64,000 nt of DNA, taken from the NCBI RefSeq assembly GCF_963921235.1, contig NC_086108.1, positions 109,990,001 to 110,054,000 on the forward strand, in the 5' to 3' direction. The notes beneath the pieces were generated by a model. It saw only the letters and a list, made by a program, of their open reading frames with translations. It did no database searches and was not told where the DNA came from. The translations under genes and the position numbers were made by a program. This document shows positions 1-12,740 of the stretch, piece after piece; the stretch's first letter is position 1; each line of letters begins with the position of its first letter. The DNA is from Mobula hypostoma. Taxonomy: Eukaryota.

Positions 1-135
1 TGGAAGGGTGGAAGGGTGGGGGAGAGGAGGGGGATTCTGGAAGGATGGGGGCGAGGGAGGATTCTGGAAGGATGGGGAGAGGGGGAGGATTCTGGAAGGG
101 TGGGGGAGAGGAGGGGGATTCTGGAAGAGTGGGGC
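1..135. repeat. G-rich minisatellite (~29-30 bp unit GGATTCTGGAAGGRTGGGGGAGAGGAGGG)
   Basis: GGATTCTGGAAG recurs four times at 27-30 bp spacing; this explains the 16..330 ORF. Confidence 0.85.
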
Positions 136-222
136 AGTAGAGGAATGCATGAACTGAAATTGAAATATCTGAAAGCAATTAAAAATCCCAAAAGGATGGC
201 AGTGGGTAATGAAACAACTCAC

Positions 223-265
223 AGGGGAGGCTGCAAGAACATCCCCGTCCCTAACGCAGTGTTCA
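223..265 (-). other. Candidate 43-nt internal exon of an unidentified minus-strand transcript
   Basis: Minus strand reads ttttggctcttcacAG|TGAACAC...CTCCCCT|GTGAGT (plus-strand ACTCAC at 217-222). Unique sequence; product not recognised. Confidence 0.35.
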
Positions 266-477
266 CTGTGAAGAGCCAAAACAGCCTGAGTCAAAAGCAC
301 GGGGGAGGGGGAGGGAGAGGGGGTGGGTAGGAGGGCGGAAGGTGGGAGACTGGCTGGGGGAGAGAGTGCAGGGGGGGCGGGAGGAGAGAGTTCAGGGTAC
401 AGAGGAGGGATAGGAGAGGGCATAGATGGGGTTGGGAATCACGGGACACTCATGTCCATGTGGTTAGGTACAGCTCA

Positions 478-750
478 ATAGAACGTAAAACATTACAGGC
501 CCTTTGGCCCATAATGTTGTTGCAAACTTTTCACCTACTCTAGGATCAACCTAACCATTCCCTCCGACACAATCCTCCATTTTTCTATCATCCACGGGCC
601 TATCTAAGAGTTTCTTAAATGCCTTTTATGTATCTGCCTCTACCACCACCCCTGGCAGGGTGTTCCATGCACCCTCCACTCTGTGTAAAATACCTACCTC
701 TGACATCCCCCCTATACTTTCCTCCAATCACCTTAAAATTTTGCTCCCTC
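478..750 (-). mobile_element. CR1 LINE 3' end fragment
   Basis: Reverse complement matches the CR1 C-terminal TQRVxxAWNxLP segment and 3' tail seen in other copies here. Confidence 0.75.
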
Positions 751-754
751 AAGC

Positions 755-2075
755 TCCATTTATAAATTTGCTGATGGCATGGCTATGCTGGAATCTTAGA
801 TGGCATTGAGGAGGCGTACAGGATGAAGACAGATCAGCAGATTGAGCAGTATCACAACAACCACCTTGCATTCAACATCAATGAGACTTAGGAGTCGATT
901 ATGGACTTCAGGAAGAGGAGGTCAGAAGAACAGTTGGACAAGGTTAAAGGATTACCAAAATATGGTGGGCTGAAGGGTGTGTACTGTGCTGTACTGTTCT
1001 ATGTCCTGCGGTCCATGTTCTTAACACACACCAGTCCTCATCGAGGGGCCAGCAGTGGAAAAGGTGAACAGTTTCAAGTTCTTGGGCATCTACATATCAG
1101 AGTTCCGACATATTGATGCAATCACATCAGCAGGTCTTCTTTGTTAGGATTTTGAAGAGACTTCTTATGTCGGCAAAGACGAAAGCAAATTTCTACAGAT
1201 GTATCAGGGAGAGCGTGCTAACTGGTGCATCGCCATCTGATATAGAGAGACCACTGCAGAGAATTGGAAAAGCTACAGAGGGTTGTAGACATAGACAACT
1301 CCATCATGGGCACTAGCCTCCCCACTATCAAGAATATCTTCAAAGGCGGTGCCTTAAGAAAGCAGCATCTATCATTAAGGACCTTTACTATCCAGGGTGG
1401 CTGGGTAGAGATACATCTCTGCCAAAGGAAGTGTAAGGTGTTCCTTCCCTCTGCTGGTCTGCAGGACACCCTTGGGCAAGGTGTGGCACCTGCTTAGCCC
1501 CCTGATCAGGGCCACGTGAAGCCATGAGAGCAGGTGGTAGATGGTCGTATGAGCAGCTGGTGCATATCACAAGTCCTGGTTATGCAACCATTGACACCAG
1601 ACAGACAATCTCTGAAGAGTATTGATAATGGCTGGGGTCACCCATCTTGTAAAGGCACTGCCCAGAAGAAGACAATGGCAAACATTTTTGCAGAAAAATT
1701 TGCCAAGAACAATTATGGTGACCATAATTGCCTACGACATATGACACGGCACATAATGGTGATGTCATACAACACGGCACATAATGATGATGGTGATAAT
1801 GAACATCCAGGAATGTCCCTTTCTCACTGCTACCATCAGGGAGGAGGTACAGGAGCCTGAAGACTCACACTCAATATTTTCAGAACATATTCTTCCCCTC
1901 CACCGTCAGATACCCGAATGGTCCACGAACCCATGAACACTCTAATGACTATTTTGCTCTTTTTTTGTATTATTTTTAATATATTCCTTATTGCATCTTA
2001 GAGTAATGTTTTATGTTTTGCATGGTACTGCTACCACAAAACAACAAATTTCACAACACATGACAGTGATAATAA
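755..2075 (+). mobile_element. Rex1/Babar-type LINE 3' part, decayed and interrupted
   Basis: KFAD-like RT end, LQRVVD, and ASIIKD..HPG..LFSLLPSGRRYRSL-type C-terminus; split by the element at 1397-1804. Confidence 0.75.
1397..1804 (+). mobile_element. Short non-autonomous retroelement with RTE-like 3' tail (copy 1)
   Basis: 7-bp TSD ATCCAGG (1390-1396 / 1805-1811); tail ...ATGGCAAAC...CACGGCACATAATGATGATG; homologous to 32107-32489. Confidence 0.75.
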
Positions 2076-2677
2076 GCTGGGCTCTGATCCACCATCACAC
2101 ACAGCTGAGGGATGAGAGTGGAGCACTCAGGGAAAGCCAGATGGTCACAGGGAGAAGATGCAAACTCAAAGGAGGTTGCCAGAGTGGTGTCCAATTCTAG
2201 GTGGTGAGGAGGTAAGGAACCTAGCAGTCACATCAGCCAGCAAACCAGAACTACATCCCTTGTTTGGACGGTAAGGAAATATTTCAATGATCTGTCTGCT
2301 TGGCGTCAGCAACTGTCTGAGTTTCAGTAGCCACTATATCATCTTACACCTAACGATTGTCGATCAGCTTACAGTAACCACAGGCAGTGCATGCAAGGAA
2401 CTCTATACTGTGCAAGTAATGTTAAATAGAAGCTTGTCAATAATTGGGAATGAGGATTAAATGCAGGAATTGCAAGCAACACCCACGTTTTGTATACAAG
2501 TGCAATGCACGCAATGCAGGCTCCTCAAATCCACATGCATCTATGTCACCAAGACAACCAAAGATATTATTTAGTACATAGTACCATGTAATCAGCATCA
2601 GATTTATTGTCATGAACATGTGTCAAGAAATCTGATGTTTTGTGGCAGCAGGACAATGTAAGACATAAAATGTATTA

Positions 2678-2905
2678 TACACTCAGTAACCATTTCACAA
2701 TGTACCTCCCGTACCTGATATGGTGGCCACTCAGTGTCTGTTTGTGATCTTCTGCTGCTGTAGCCCATCCACATCAGGGTTTGACACATTGTGCATTTAG
2801 AGATGCTCTCCTGCACACCACTATTGTAACATCTGATTATCTGAGTTACTGTCACCTTCCTGTCAGCTTGAACCAGTCCAGCCATTCTCCTCTAACCTCT
2901 CTCAT
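2678..2905 (-). mobile_element. Tc1/mariner non-autonomous fragment
   Basis: ORF 2610..2885 (LVQADRKVTVTQI...LMWMGYSSRR) resembles a Tc1 N-terminal HTH region; TIR-like TACACTCAGT at the left end. Confidence 0.8.
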
Positions 2906-3069
2906 TACAAAGATAAGCAGTATTCACAAGAAAAACATAAATACAACATAATGTATATGCTCCCTTTCCAAGAAAGTTGTTGCTAAACTGTAGGGATTAT
3001 TTTATTATTTTTAGTTAGAGATACAACTACTTTACTCTTGACATTAATTGTAACTTCATTTATGTATTT

Positions 3070-3337
3070 CGAGATACACCGCAGAACAAACCCTTACGGC
3101 CCAACGAGCCGCACTGTGCGGCAACCCAACGATTTAACCCCTGCCTAATCACAGGACAATTTACAATGACCAATTAACCTACTAACCGGTACATCTTTGG
3201 ACTGTGGGAGGAAACCAGAGCACCCGGAGGAAACCTACATACTCACGGGGAGAACCTACAAACTCCTTACGGATGGCGCCAGTGTTTAACTTCCAACCCT
3301 GACGCCCCCGCTATTATAACATAGGGTTAACCACTAC
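3070..3337 (-). mobile_element. HE1/V-type tRNA-derived SINE
   Basis: Diagnostic core TCTTTGGACTGTGGGAGGAAACCAGAGCACCCGGAGGAAACC on the plus strand (antisense of the V-domain). Confidence 0.75.
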
Positions 3338-3343
3338 AGTCTT

Positions 3344-3620
3344 GGTGCATGGCCAAGTGGTTGAAGCGTCAGACTAGTGATCTGAAGGTCGCTAGTTCGA
3401 GCCTCAGCTGAGGCAGCGTGTTGTGTCCTTGCAACGACACCGGTGCCAAGCTGTATCAGCCCTAGTGCCCTTCCCTTGGACAACATCGGTGTCATGGAGA
3501 GGGGAGACTTGCAGCATGGGCAACTGCCGGTCTTCCGTACATCCTTGCCCAGGCCTGCGCCCTGGAAACCTTCCAAGGCGCAAATCCATGGTCTCACGAG
3601 ACTAACGGATGCCTATATAA
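3344..3620 (+). mobile_element. tRNA-derived SINE with Pol III A/B boxes
   Basis: A box TGGCCAAGTGG, B box AGTTCGAGCC, then GTTGTGTCCTTG (core start typical of SINEs) and a simple-repeat tail. Confidence 0.75.
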
Positions 3621-4379
3621 TAACAATCATTAGGGTTGTGCCAAATGATTTAAGAACCAAATGGCTGAAGGGAAGTAGCTGTGAGAAGATGGCATTGCCT
3701 GAATGATGGGGATTTTTTTTACCCAAAAAAACACAAGTAGAACAAAAATAAAACAAAATCCATATATAGGACAGTTAGAGTCAGAGAGTAATACAGCACA
3801 GAAACAGGCCCTTCAGCCTATCTGATACATGCCAACCACAGCATCCCTGCTAGTCCCATTTGGCCCATAACCCTCCAAGTTCCGTCCTCCCACACAGCTA
3901 ACCAAATGCCTCTTAAATGACACCATTGTACCTACCTCAACCACTTCCAGTGGCAGCTCACTCCAAGTACCCACTACCCAAGATTCAAGTTAATTTATCA
4001 GATGTACATTGAAACGTACAGTGATATGTGTTGCTTGCTTTAACAACCAACAGATGCGAGAATGTGCTGGTGGCAGCCCACAAGTGTCGTCACACATTCT
4101 GGCACCAACATAACATACCCAAGATACTCAGCAGGACAACACAGAACACAACAACAACAAAACAATTCCCTTACCTCCCGACCACCCACCCACACCAACA
4201 GCCCCACAGACGATCTCCTCCAGCGGACTTGGACGCAGGCTTTACCCCCTATGTAAAGAAGTTACCTCCCAGGTCTTTTTTTTTTAATCTCTCCCCTCCT
4301 ACCTAGCACCTGTGCCCATGCACATGTGTCCCTGTGCATATGAAAATAGACTAGACTGACTTTGAAGTGAGTTCTCAAA

Positions 4380-5022
4380 CATTCAAAATGTTTGAAGTAA
4401 ATCTATTATCAAAGTACACATGTGTCATTATATACAACCCTGAGATTCATTTTCTTGTGGACATCCACAGCAAATACAAAAAAATAACACAATAAAATCA
4501 ATGAATGTTATGCACTATATGCAGTGTGCTGTGTGCTGTTGGTACTATGTTTTGTACTTTGGCCCGAGAGGAACGCTGTTTCATTTGGCTGTATTCATGT
4601 ATGACTGAGTGACAACTAAACTTGAACTTGATAGATTTCACACTTCAAGACAAACAGCCAATGTGCAAAAGACAACAAACTCAGCAAATACAAAGAAAAA
4701 AAACAAACAAAATAATAATAATAATAATAAATAAGCAATAAATAAAGAACATGAGATGAGTCCATAGGTTGTGGGAACAGTTCAATATTGGGGCAAGTAA
4801 AGTTGAGTGACATTATCCCCTCTGGTTCAAGAGCCTGATGGTTGAGGGGTAATAATTGTTCCTGAACCTGGTGGTGCAAGTCCCACAGCTCCTGCACCTG
4901 CTTCCCAATAGCGACAATGACAAGAAAGCATGGCTTGGATGGTGGGGGTCCTCGATGATGGATGCTGCTTTCTTGCAACAGCGCTCCATGTTGATGTGCT
5001 CAATGGGGGGGGAGGGCTTTAC
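4380..5022 (-). mobile_element. Rex1/Babar-type LINE 3' end
   Basis: ORF 4813..5055 (KKAASIIEDPHHPSHAFLSL...RFRNNYYPSTIRLLN) plus the shared 3' UTR/tail. Confidence 0.8.
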
Positions 5023-5204
5023 CTGTGACAGCAACTGCTTTCTAAGTGTTGGCACTGTGTGTAACTCACGTGGCCCATGCCCAATGACTCAGAAAAAATT
5101 CAGAAACATTTCATGTATCAATATGACATCGTTCCACCCACATCTGCCAAATATGGTATTGAATCAGAATCACATTTAATATCAATGTTCAAAGTAAATT
5201 TAGA

Positions 5205-7355
5205 ATCATAGAGTCATAGAAAAGTACAGCAGAACTCAGGCCCTTCAGCCCATCTAGTCCATGCTGAAACCATTTAAACTGCCTACTCACATCGACTTGC
5301 ATCGGGACCATAGCCCCTCCATATCCCTACTATTCAAACTCCTCCTAGGTGTTGAAATCAGGCTCACATGCACCATTTGTGCTGGCAGCTTGTCCCACAC
5401 TCTCATGACCCTCTGAGTGAAGAAGTTTCCTCTTGTGTTCCCCTTAAACTTTTCACCTTTCCCCGTTAATCTATGACCTCTAGTTCTAGTCTCAGCCAAC
5501 CTCAGTGCAAAATGCCTGCTTGCATTTACCTTATCTATACCCCTCATAATTTTGTATACCTCAATCAAATCTCCTCTCAGTCTTCTACACTCTAAGGAAT
5601 AAAGTCCTAACCTATTCAATCTTTCCTTATAACTCAGGTCGAAAGATTGAAGCAACTGGGCTTGTATACTCTGGAATTTAGAAGGCTGAGAGGGGATCTT
5701 ATTAAAACATATAAGATTATTAAGGGATTGGACACGCTGGAGGCAGGAAGCATGTTCCCGCTGATGGGTGAGTCCAGAACCAGAGGCCACAGTTTAAGAA
5801 TAAGGGGTAGGCCATTTAGAACAGAGTTGAGGAAAAACATTTTCCACCCAGGGAGTGGTGGATATATGGAATGCTCTGCCCCAGAAGGCTGTGGAGGCCA
5901 AGTCTCTGGATGCTTTCAAGAAAGAGATGGATAGAGCTCTTAAAGATAGCGGACTCAAAGGTTATGGGGATAAGGCAGGAACTGGATACTGATTGTGGAT
6001 GATCAGCCATGATCACAGTGAATGGCGGTGCTCGCTTGAAGGGCCAAATGGCCTACTCCTACACCTATTGTCTATTGTCTATTGTCAGGTCCTCCAGACC
6101 AGGCAACACCCTTGTAAATTTTCTCTGTACTCTTTCAAACTTATTTACATCTTTCCTGCAGGTAGGTGACCAAATCTGCACACAATGCTCCAAATTAGGC
6201 CTCTCCAAAATCTTATACAACTCAATATAACATCCATTTCCTACACTCAATACTTTTGATTATGAATGCCAATGTACCGAAAGTTTTCTTTACGACCTGA
6301 TCTACCTATGACTCCACTAGTCATTGGCCTCCAGTCAGAGACACAACCATCTACCACCACTCTCTGGCCTCTCCCACATAGCCAATGTCTTATCCAATGT
6401 ACTACCTCATCTGGTATGCCTTGTGACTGATCTTTCTCGATCAGCCTCCCATGCGAGACCTTGTCAAATGCCTTGCAAAAGTCCTTGAAGACAACATCTA
6501 CTGCCTTGCCTTCATTCACTTTCCTGGTAAATTCCTCAAAAAAAACGCTATAGGATTGGTTAGATATGACCTACCATGCACAAAGCCATGCTGTCTATCT
6601 TTAAATCAATCCATGTCTATCCAAATACTTATCCATCTGGTCCCTTAGAATAACTTCTAATAACTTTCCCACAACTGATGTCAGACATACTGGCCTATAA
6701 TTTCCTGGTTTATGTTTTGAGCCTTTTTTAAACAGCAGAACAACATTGGCTCTCTTCCAATCCTTGGGTATCTCTCCTGTCACTAAGGATGATTTAAATA
6801 TCTCTGCTAGGGCCCCGGCAATTTCTGCACTTGCCTCCCATAAGGTCCAAGGCGAACACCTTGTTATGCCTAAGGGACTTATTCACCCTGATTTGCCTCA
6901 TGACAGTAAATACCTCCTCCTCTCTAAACTGTGCAGGGTCCATGAAGTTGCTACTCCTTTTCCACACTTCTATAGACACAGTGTCTGTCTCCTGAGTAGA
7001 TACAGATGCAAAAAAATTGATCAACATCTCCCCCATTTCTCTTGGCTCCACACATGGATTACCATTCTGATCTTCTACAGGACCAATTTTGTCCTTTGCA
7101 ATCCTTTTGCTCTTCACATATCTGTAGAATCCCTTAGGATTTTCCCCCACCTTGTCTGCTAGGGAAACTTCTTACCTTCTTTTAGTCCTCCTGATTTCAT
7201 TCTTAAATGTTCTCTTGCATTTCTTTACTCTACTCTTTGTTCCTACCTGCCTATACCTGCTATGCACCTCCTGCTTTTATTCTTAACCAGAGTCTCAATA
7301 TCTCTGGAAAGTCAAGATTTCCTACCCTTATCTTTGCCCTTTACTCTGACAGGCA
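5205..7355 (-). mobile_element. CR1 LINE ORF2 remnant (older), interrupted at 5641-6084
   Basis: Minus ORFs give ENPKGFYRYV, PGNYRPVCLTSVVGKLLE, DFCKAFDKVSH and LGLYSLECRRLRGDLIEVYK; many frameshifts. Confidence 0.9.
5641..6084 (+). mobile_element. Young 5'-truncated CR1 with (CTATTGT)n tail
   Basis: LGLYTLEFRRLRGDLIKTYK; 7-bp TSD TCAGGTC (5634-5640 / 6085-6091). Confidence 0.9.
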
Positions 7356-7367
7356 CATACAAGCTTT

Positions 7368-8180
7368 ATTATCAAAGTACATATATGTCACCATATACAA
7401 CCCTGAGATTTACTTTCTTGCAGACATTCTTAAAAAATCCAATAGCCATAATAGAATCAATGAAAGATGGCATCAACAGGGCGGACAATCTGTGTGCAAA
7501 AGACAATAAGCTGCAAATACAAAAGAAAGACAAAAAAGAAATAATAAATAAATAAATAAACAAACAATAAATTTCAAGAACATGAGATGAAAAGTTCTAG
7601 AAAGTGAGTCCATATGTTGTGGGAACAGTTCAGTGATGGGGTGAGTGAAGTTATCTCCTCTGATTCAAAAGAGCCTGATGGTTGAAGGGTAATAACTGTT
7701 CCTGAACAGGGTGGTGTGAGTCCTGAGGCTCCGTCCTGATGGCAGCAGCATGACCCGGGTGCTGGAGTGTCACTGACATATCATCAAATTTGTTGTTTTG
7801 CTGCAGCAGTACAATGCAATATATTAAAAAAGCTATAAATTACAATAAAAATACTTAAGTATAAAGATACAATTTAATTTAATTAAATTAATATTACAAA
7901 AAGGGAGCAAAAATAGTGAGATGGTGCTTATGGATTGGTTCTTTGACCATTCAGAAACCTAAAGGCAGTTGAATGTTCCTGGTGGGTCTTCAGGTTCCTG
8001 TATCTCCTCCTTGATGGTAGCAATGAGAAGAGGGCATGTCCTGGGTGACTGAGGTCCTTAACGATGGATGCCGCCTCTTTGAGGCATCGCCTCCTCAACA
8101 CTACGGAGGCTAGTACCCACGATAGACCTGGCTGAGCGAGCGACCCTCTGCAGCTTTTTCTACACTCTGTGCTTGCCCCG
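7368..8180 (-). mobile_element. Rex1/Babar-type LINE 3' fragments (two adjacent)
   Basis: ORF 7928..8299 contains EAASIVKDLSHPGHALFSLLPSRRRYRNL; family 3' UTR present. Confidence 0.75.
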
Positions 8181-8567
8181 AATACTCTAACAGGAAATGC
8201 TCCGCCAAATGCTAAAAATAACAGCTGCTGTGATCCCTGCAAATAACCGTCATGGTCCAAACACAGTGGAAAACAGCCAAAATACAAAAAAAAACTCATT
8301 CATCAGCTGAAGCAGTGGCCCTGTCCATCGCAGTTGCACAGCTTTGTATCTTGGCCTGCTTTCCTTCCTAATGAAGCTGTTGGCTCTTGGTTGGTAAATT
8401 TCTCCTGCCTGTGGTCGATTATTCAGTGCACGCATCATGCACTTCACCCAAGGGCTGTTGTGGCCAATTTTCACTGTCCAAAAGACAAGAGGTTTTGGAC
8501 CCATCACCTCTATCTAGGAACGCTCACCAATCTTAAAGGCAAGTCTTTACTGGCAACTTCCCTGCTG

Positions 8568-8820
8568 AAAACACGTAAGATGCTGGAGGAACTCAGCAGG
8601 CCAGAGAGACAAATAAGCAGTTGATGTTTCAGGCTGAAACTCTTCATCAAGACTGGAAATAAAAGGGGGCAGAAGCCAGAATAAGAAGATGGGAGAGGGG
8701 AAGAGTACAAGCTGACAGGTAAAACCAGGTGAGGGGTAAGTGGGGGGGGGAGGGGAATGAAGTGAGAAGCTGGGCATTGAAAGGTGGAAAAGGAAAAGGG
8801 TTAAAGAAGAAGGAATAAAA
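8568..8820 (-). mobile_element. Penelope-like 3' terminus with degenerate hammerhead motif
   Basis: Minus strand CCAGTC-TTGATGA-AGAGTTTCAGCCT-GAAA-CATC-AACTG followed by the family terminus. Confidence 0.7.
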
Positions 8821-8953
8821 CCATAAGACGCAAGAACAGAATAAGCCATTCAGCCCATCAAGCCTGCTCCACTATTCTATCGTGGTTGACTTATCCCTCT
8901 CAACTCCATTTTCCTGCCTTCTCCCTGTAACCTTTGAGGTTCTTACTAATCAA

Positions 8954-9564
8954 AGAACACTGGTCAAAGAACACTGAGGCTGTCTACAAGAAGGGTCAGA
9001 GCCGTCTCTGTTTCCTGAGGAGACTGAGGTCCTTTAACATCTGCCGGAAGATGCTGAGGATGTTCTACGAGTCTGTGGTGGCCAGTGCTATCATGTTTGC
9101 TGTTGTGTGCTGGGGCAGCAGGCTGAGGGTAGCAGACACCAACAGAATCAACAAACTCATTCGTAAGGCCAGTGATGTTGTGAGGATGGAACTGGACTCT
9201 CTGACGGTGGTGTCTGAAAAGAGGATGCTGTCTAAGTTGCATGCCATCTTGGACAATGTCTCCCATCCACTACATAATGTATTGGTTGGGCACAGGAGTA
9301 CATTCAGCCAGAGACTCATTCCTCCAAGATGCAACACTGAGCGTCATAGGAAGTCATTCCTGCCTGTGGCTATCAAACGTTACAACTCCTCCCTTGGAGG
9401 GTCAGACACCCTGAGTCAATAGGCTGGTCCTGGACTTATTTCCTGGCATAATTTACATATTACTATTTAATTATTTATGGTTTTATTACTATTTAATTAT
9501 TTATGGTGCAACTGTAATGAAAACCAATTTCCCCCGGGATCAATAAAGTATGACTATGACTATG
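8954..9564 (+). mobile_element. Young Rex1-type LINE 3' end
   Basis: Open frame of about 150 aa (WSKNTEAVYKKGQSRL...SHPLH...RKSFLPVAI), GGGATCAATAAAGTA plus (TGACTA)n tail, TSD ACTAATCAA (8945-8953 / 9565-9573). Confidence 0.9.
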
Positions 9565-10090
9565 ACTAATCAACAATCCATCAACTCTGCTTTAAACACT
9601 GTATACTAAATCACTCGGCCTGCACAGGCCTCTGCGACAATGAATTCCACAGGTAGGTGGGTGCACAGCACTGAGCACCATTGCCACAAGAAAGCAGGAC
9701 TCACCATCAGGGACCCCCCCCCCCCACCACCCAGGACATGCTTTCTTCACTCTGCTGCCATTGGGCAGGAGCTACAGGAACCTCGGGGCCCACACCACCA
9801 GGTTCAGAAACTGTTACTACCCCTCAATCACCAGGCTCTTGAACCAGAGGGGATAATTTCACTCAATTTCACACCCCAACACTGAGCCGATCCCACAACC
9901 TACAGACTCACCTTCAAGGAATCTCCATCTCATGTTCACAGTATTACTTATCTACCTATGTTTTGTTGTTATTACTATTGTGTTTGCACATTTGTTTTTG
10001 TCAGCCTTTGATTGGGTAGTTTTTCATTGATTCTATTGTATTTCATTGTTCTACTGTGAATGCCTGCAAGAAAATGAATCTGAAAGAAAG

Positions 10091-10636
10091 TACATTCAGT
10101 GGCCACTTTGTTGGGTACAGGAGTGGAACCCATATGACCTTCTGCTTCTGTAGCCCATCCACTTCAAGGTTTGACATGTTGTGGATTCAACGATGCTCTT
10201 CTGCACACCACTGTTGTAACACATGGTGATTAGAATTACTGTCACCTTCCTGTCAGCATGAACCAGTCTGGCCATTCTCCTCTGACCTCTCTCATTAACA
10301 AGGCGTTTTCACCCACAGAACTGCCACTCACCCAATTTTTTTTTTGTTTCTCACCATTCTCTGTAAAGTCTAGAGACTGTTATGCGTGAAAATCCCAGGA
10401 GATCAGCAGTTTCTGAGATACTCGAACCACCCCATCTGGAACCAACAACCACTCCACGGTCAAAGTCACTTAGATCACATTTTTTCCTCATTCTGATGTT
10501 TGGTCTGAACAGCAACTGAACCTCTTGACAATATCTGCATGCTTATATACATTGAATTGCTGCCACTTGATTGGTTGATTAGATATTTCCTTAACGAGGT
10601 GTACAAGTGTACCTAATGAAGTGGCCACTGAGTGTA
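10091..10636 (-). mobile_element. Tc1/mariner non-autonomous element with both TIRs
   Basis: TACATTCAGTGGCCACTTTGTTGGGTACA ... TGTACCTAATGAAGTGGCCACTGAGTGTA, TA-flanked; internal part is a decayed Tc1 N-terminus. Confidence 0.85.
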
Positions 10637-10855
10637 CTTACGTACTTTGATAATAAATTTACTGTGAACTTTTGATTTTGAACTTTGTATATATTAATGG
10701 TGCTGGGGTAGAGATGGTTGTGAGTTTCAAGTTCCTAGGTGTAAATATCACCAACAATTTGTCCTGGTCCAAGTCATATGGACACTATATGGTCTCTATT
10801 TCCATAACACCATAAGACATGGGACTGAATTAGGCCATTCAGCCCATTGAGTCTG

Positions 10856-11600
10856 AATTGATTCAAATTGATTTTATTACTTACATTCTTCATATACATG
10901 AGGAGTAAAAATCATCTAAATGTGCAATGTGCAATTTATAGTAATTTGTAATAAATAGTATGTACAACAGGATAGTCAATATAACATAGAAATACAATTG
11001 TATCAGCATGAATTAATCAGTCTGATGGCCTGGTGGAAGAAGCTGTCCCGGAGCCCGTTGGTCCTGGCTTTTACACTGCGGTACCACTTCCCAGATGGTA
11101 GCAACTGGAACAGTTTGTGGTTGGGTGACACAGGTCCCCAATGATCCTTCGGGCTCTTTTTACACATCTGTCTTTGTAAATGTCCTGAATAGTGGGAAGT
11201 TTACGACTACAGGTGTGCTGGGCTGTCCGCATTCAGAGTCTCTGCAGAGTCCTGCGATTGAGGTAAGTACAGTTCCCATACCAGGCAGTGATGTAGCCAG
11301 TCAGGATGCTCCCAATTGTGCCCCTGTAGAAAGTTCTTAGGATCTGTGAGGCCCATACCAAACTTCTTCAACCATCTGAGGTGAAAGAGACGCTTTTGTG
11401 CTTTTTTCACTACACAGCCGATTATGTACAGACCATGTGAGATCCTTGGTGATGTTTATGCTGAGGAACTTAAAGCTGTTCACCCTCTCAACCCCAGATC
11501 CATTGGTATCAATAGGGGTGAGTCTGTCTCCACTCCTCCTGTAGTCCACAACCAGCTCCTTTTGTTTTTGTGACATTGAGGGAGAGCTTGTTCTCTTGAT
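10856..11600 (-). mobile_element. Rex1/Babar-type LINE 3' part nested in a CR1 tail
   Basis: KELVVDYRR...VERVNSFKFL and KKAQKRLFHLRWLKKFGM; the CR1 3' UTR resumes at about 11602. Confidence 0.8.
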
Positions 11601-11601
11601 A

Positions 11602-12740
11602 CTGCTCTGCCATTCCATCATAGCTGACTTGTAATACCTCTCAACCCCATTCTACTGCCTTCTCCCCAAAACCTTTGATGCTCTGACTTATCAACCTCCA
11701 CTTTACATATGCCCAATCACTTGTTCTCCACAGCTGTCTATGATATTGGATTCCACAGATTCACCTCCATCCGTCTAAAGAAATTCCTCTTCATCTCCGT
11801 TCTAAATGGATGTCCCTCTATTCTGAGGCTGTGCCCTCTGATCCTAGGCTTCCCTTCAACAGCCACTCTATCTAAGGCTTTCAATATTTGATAGGTTTTG
11901 ATAAGATTCCCCCCTTGGGCCCAGAGGCATCAAATGATCTTCATATTGTAAACCCTTTCATTCCCAAGATCATTCTCATGAAACTCCTCTGGACCCTCTC
12001 CAATACCAGCACATCCTTTTATAGATAAGGGGGACAAAACTGCTCACAATACTCTAAATGTGGTTTGACCAATGCCTGATAAAGCCACAGTATTACTTAT
12101 ATAACAAGCTACACACATAAAAGTTGCTGGTGAACGCAGCAGGCCAGGCAGAATCTCTAGGAAGAGGTACAGTTGACATTTCGGGCCCAGATGCTGCCTG
12201 GCCTGCTGCGTTCACCAGCAACTTTTATAAGTGTTGCTTGAAATTCCAGCATCTGCAGATTTCCTCCTGTTTGCGTATTACTTATATATTTGGTTTTATA
12301 TTTTAATCCTCACAAAGTGAACTTTACCATAGTATTTACCTTCCTCATCACTGACCCAGCCTGCAAAGTAATCTTTATGAAATCCTTCATGAGAACCCTC
12401 AGTTCAAAAATAACCTCTGCTTATATGCCTTCCACCAGAGTGCATCACTATACATTTCCCGACACTGTATTCCATCTGCCACTTCTTTGCCCATTCTCCT
12501 AATCTGTCTAAGTCACTCTGCTTCCTCAACACTACCTGCCCCTCCACCTATCTTCTTATCATCTCCAAAGTTGGCCACAAGCCATCAATGCCTTCATCCA
12601 TATCATTGATATATCACGTGGAAAGATGCGTTCCCAACAGTAACCCCTGCAGAACACATCCATCACTGGCAGCCATCTAGAAAAGGCCCCTTTTATTCCC
12701 ATTCCTTGCCTCCTGACAGTCAGCCAATCTTCTGTCCATG
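11602..12740 (-). mobile_element. CR1 LINE remnant, interrupted by a palindromic PLE derivative
   Basis: Colinear with the CR1 copies at 16525-17262 and 25715-27132. Confidence 0.75.
12111..12275. mobile_element. Palindromic PLE-terminus mini-element
   Basis: Arms 12111-12156 and 12189-12234 are near-perfect inverted repeats of the PLE end (GTTGCTGGTGAACGCAGCAGGCCAGGCAG). Confidence 0.85.

Noticed and set aside
3344..3415. Functional tRNA gene
   Set aside because: A/B boxes are present, but there is no good acceptor stem and it continues into a SINE body and tail.
8250..8507. Chemokine-like PWVKCMMRAL segment
   Set aside because: Lacks the cysteine pattern; no matching upstream exons found.
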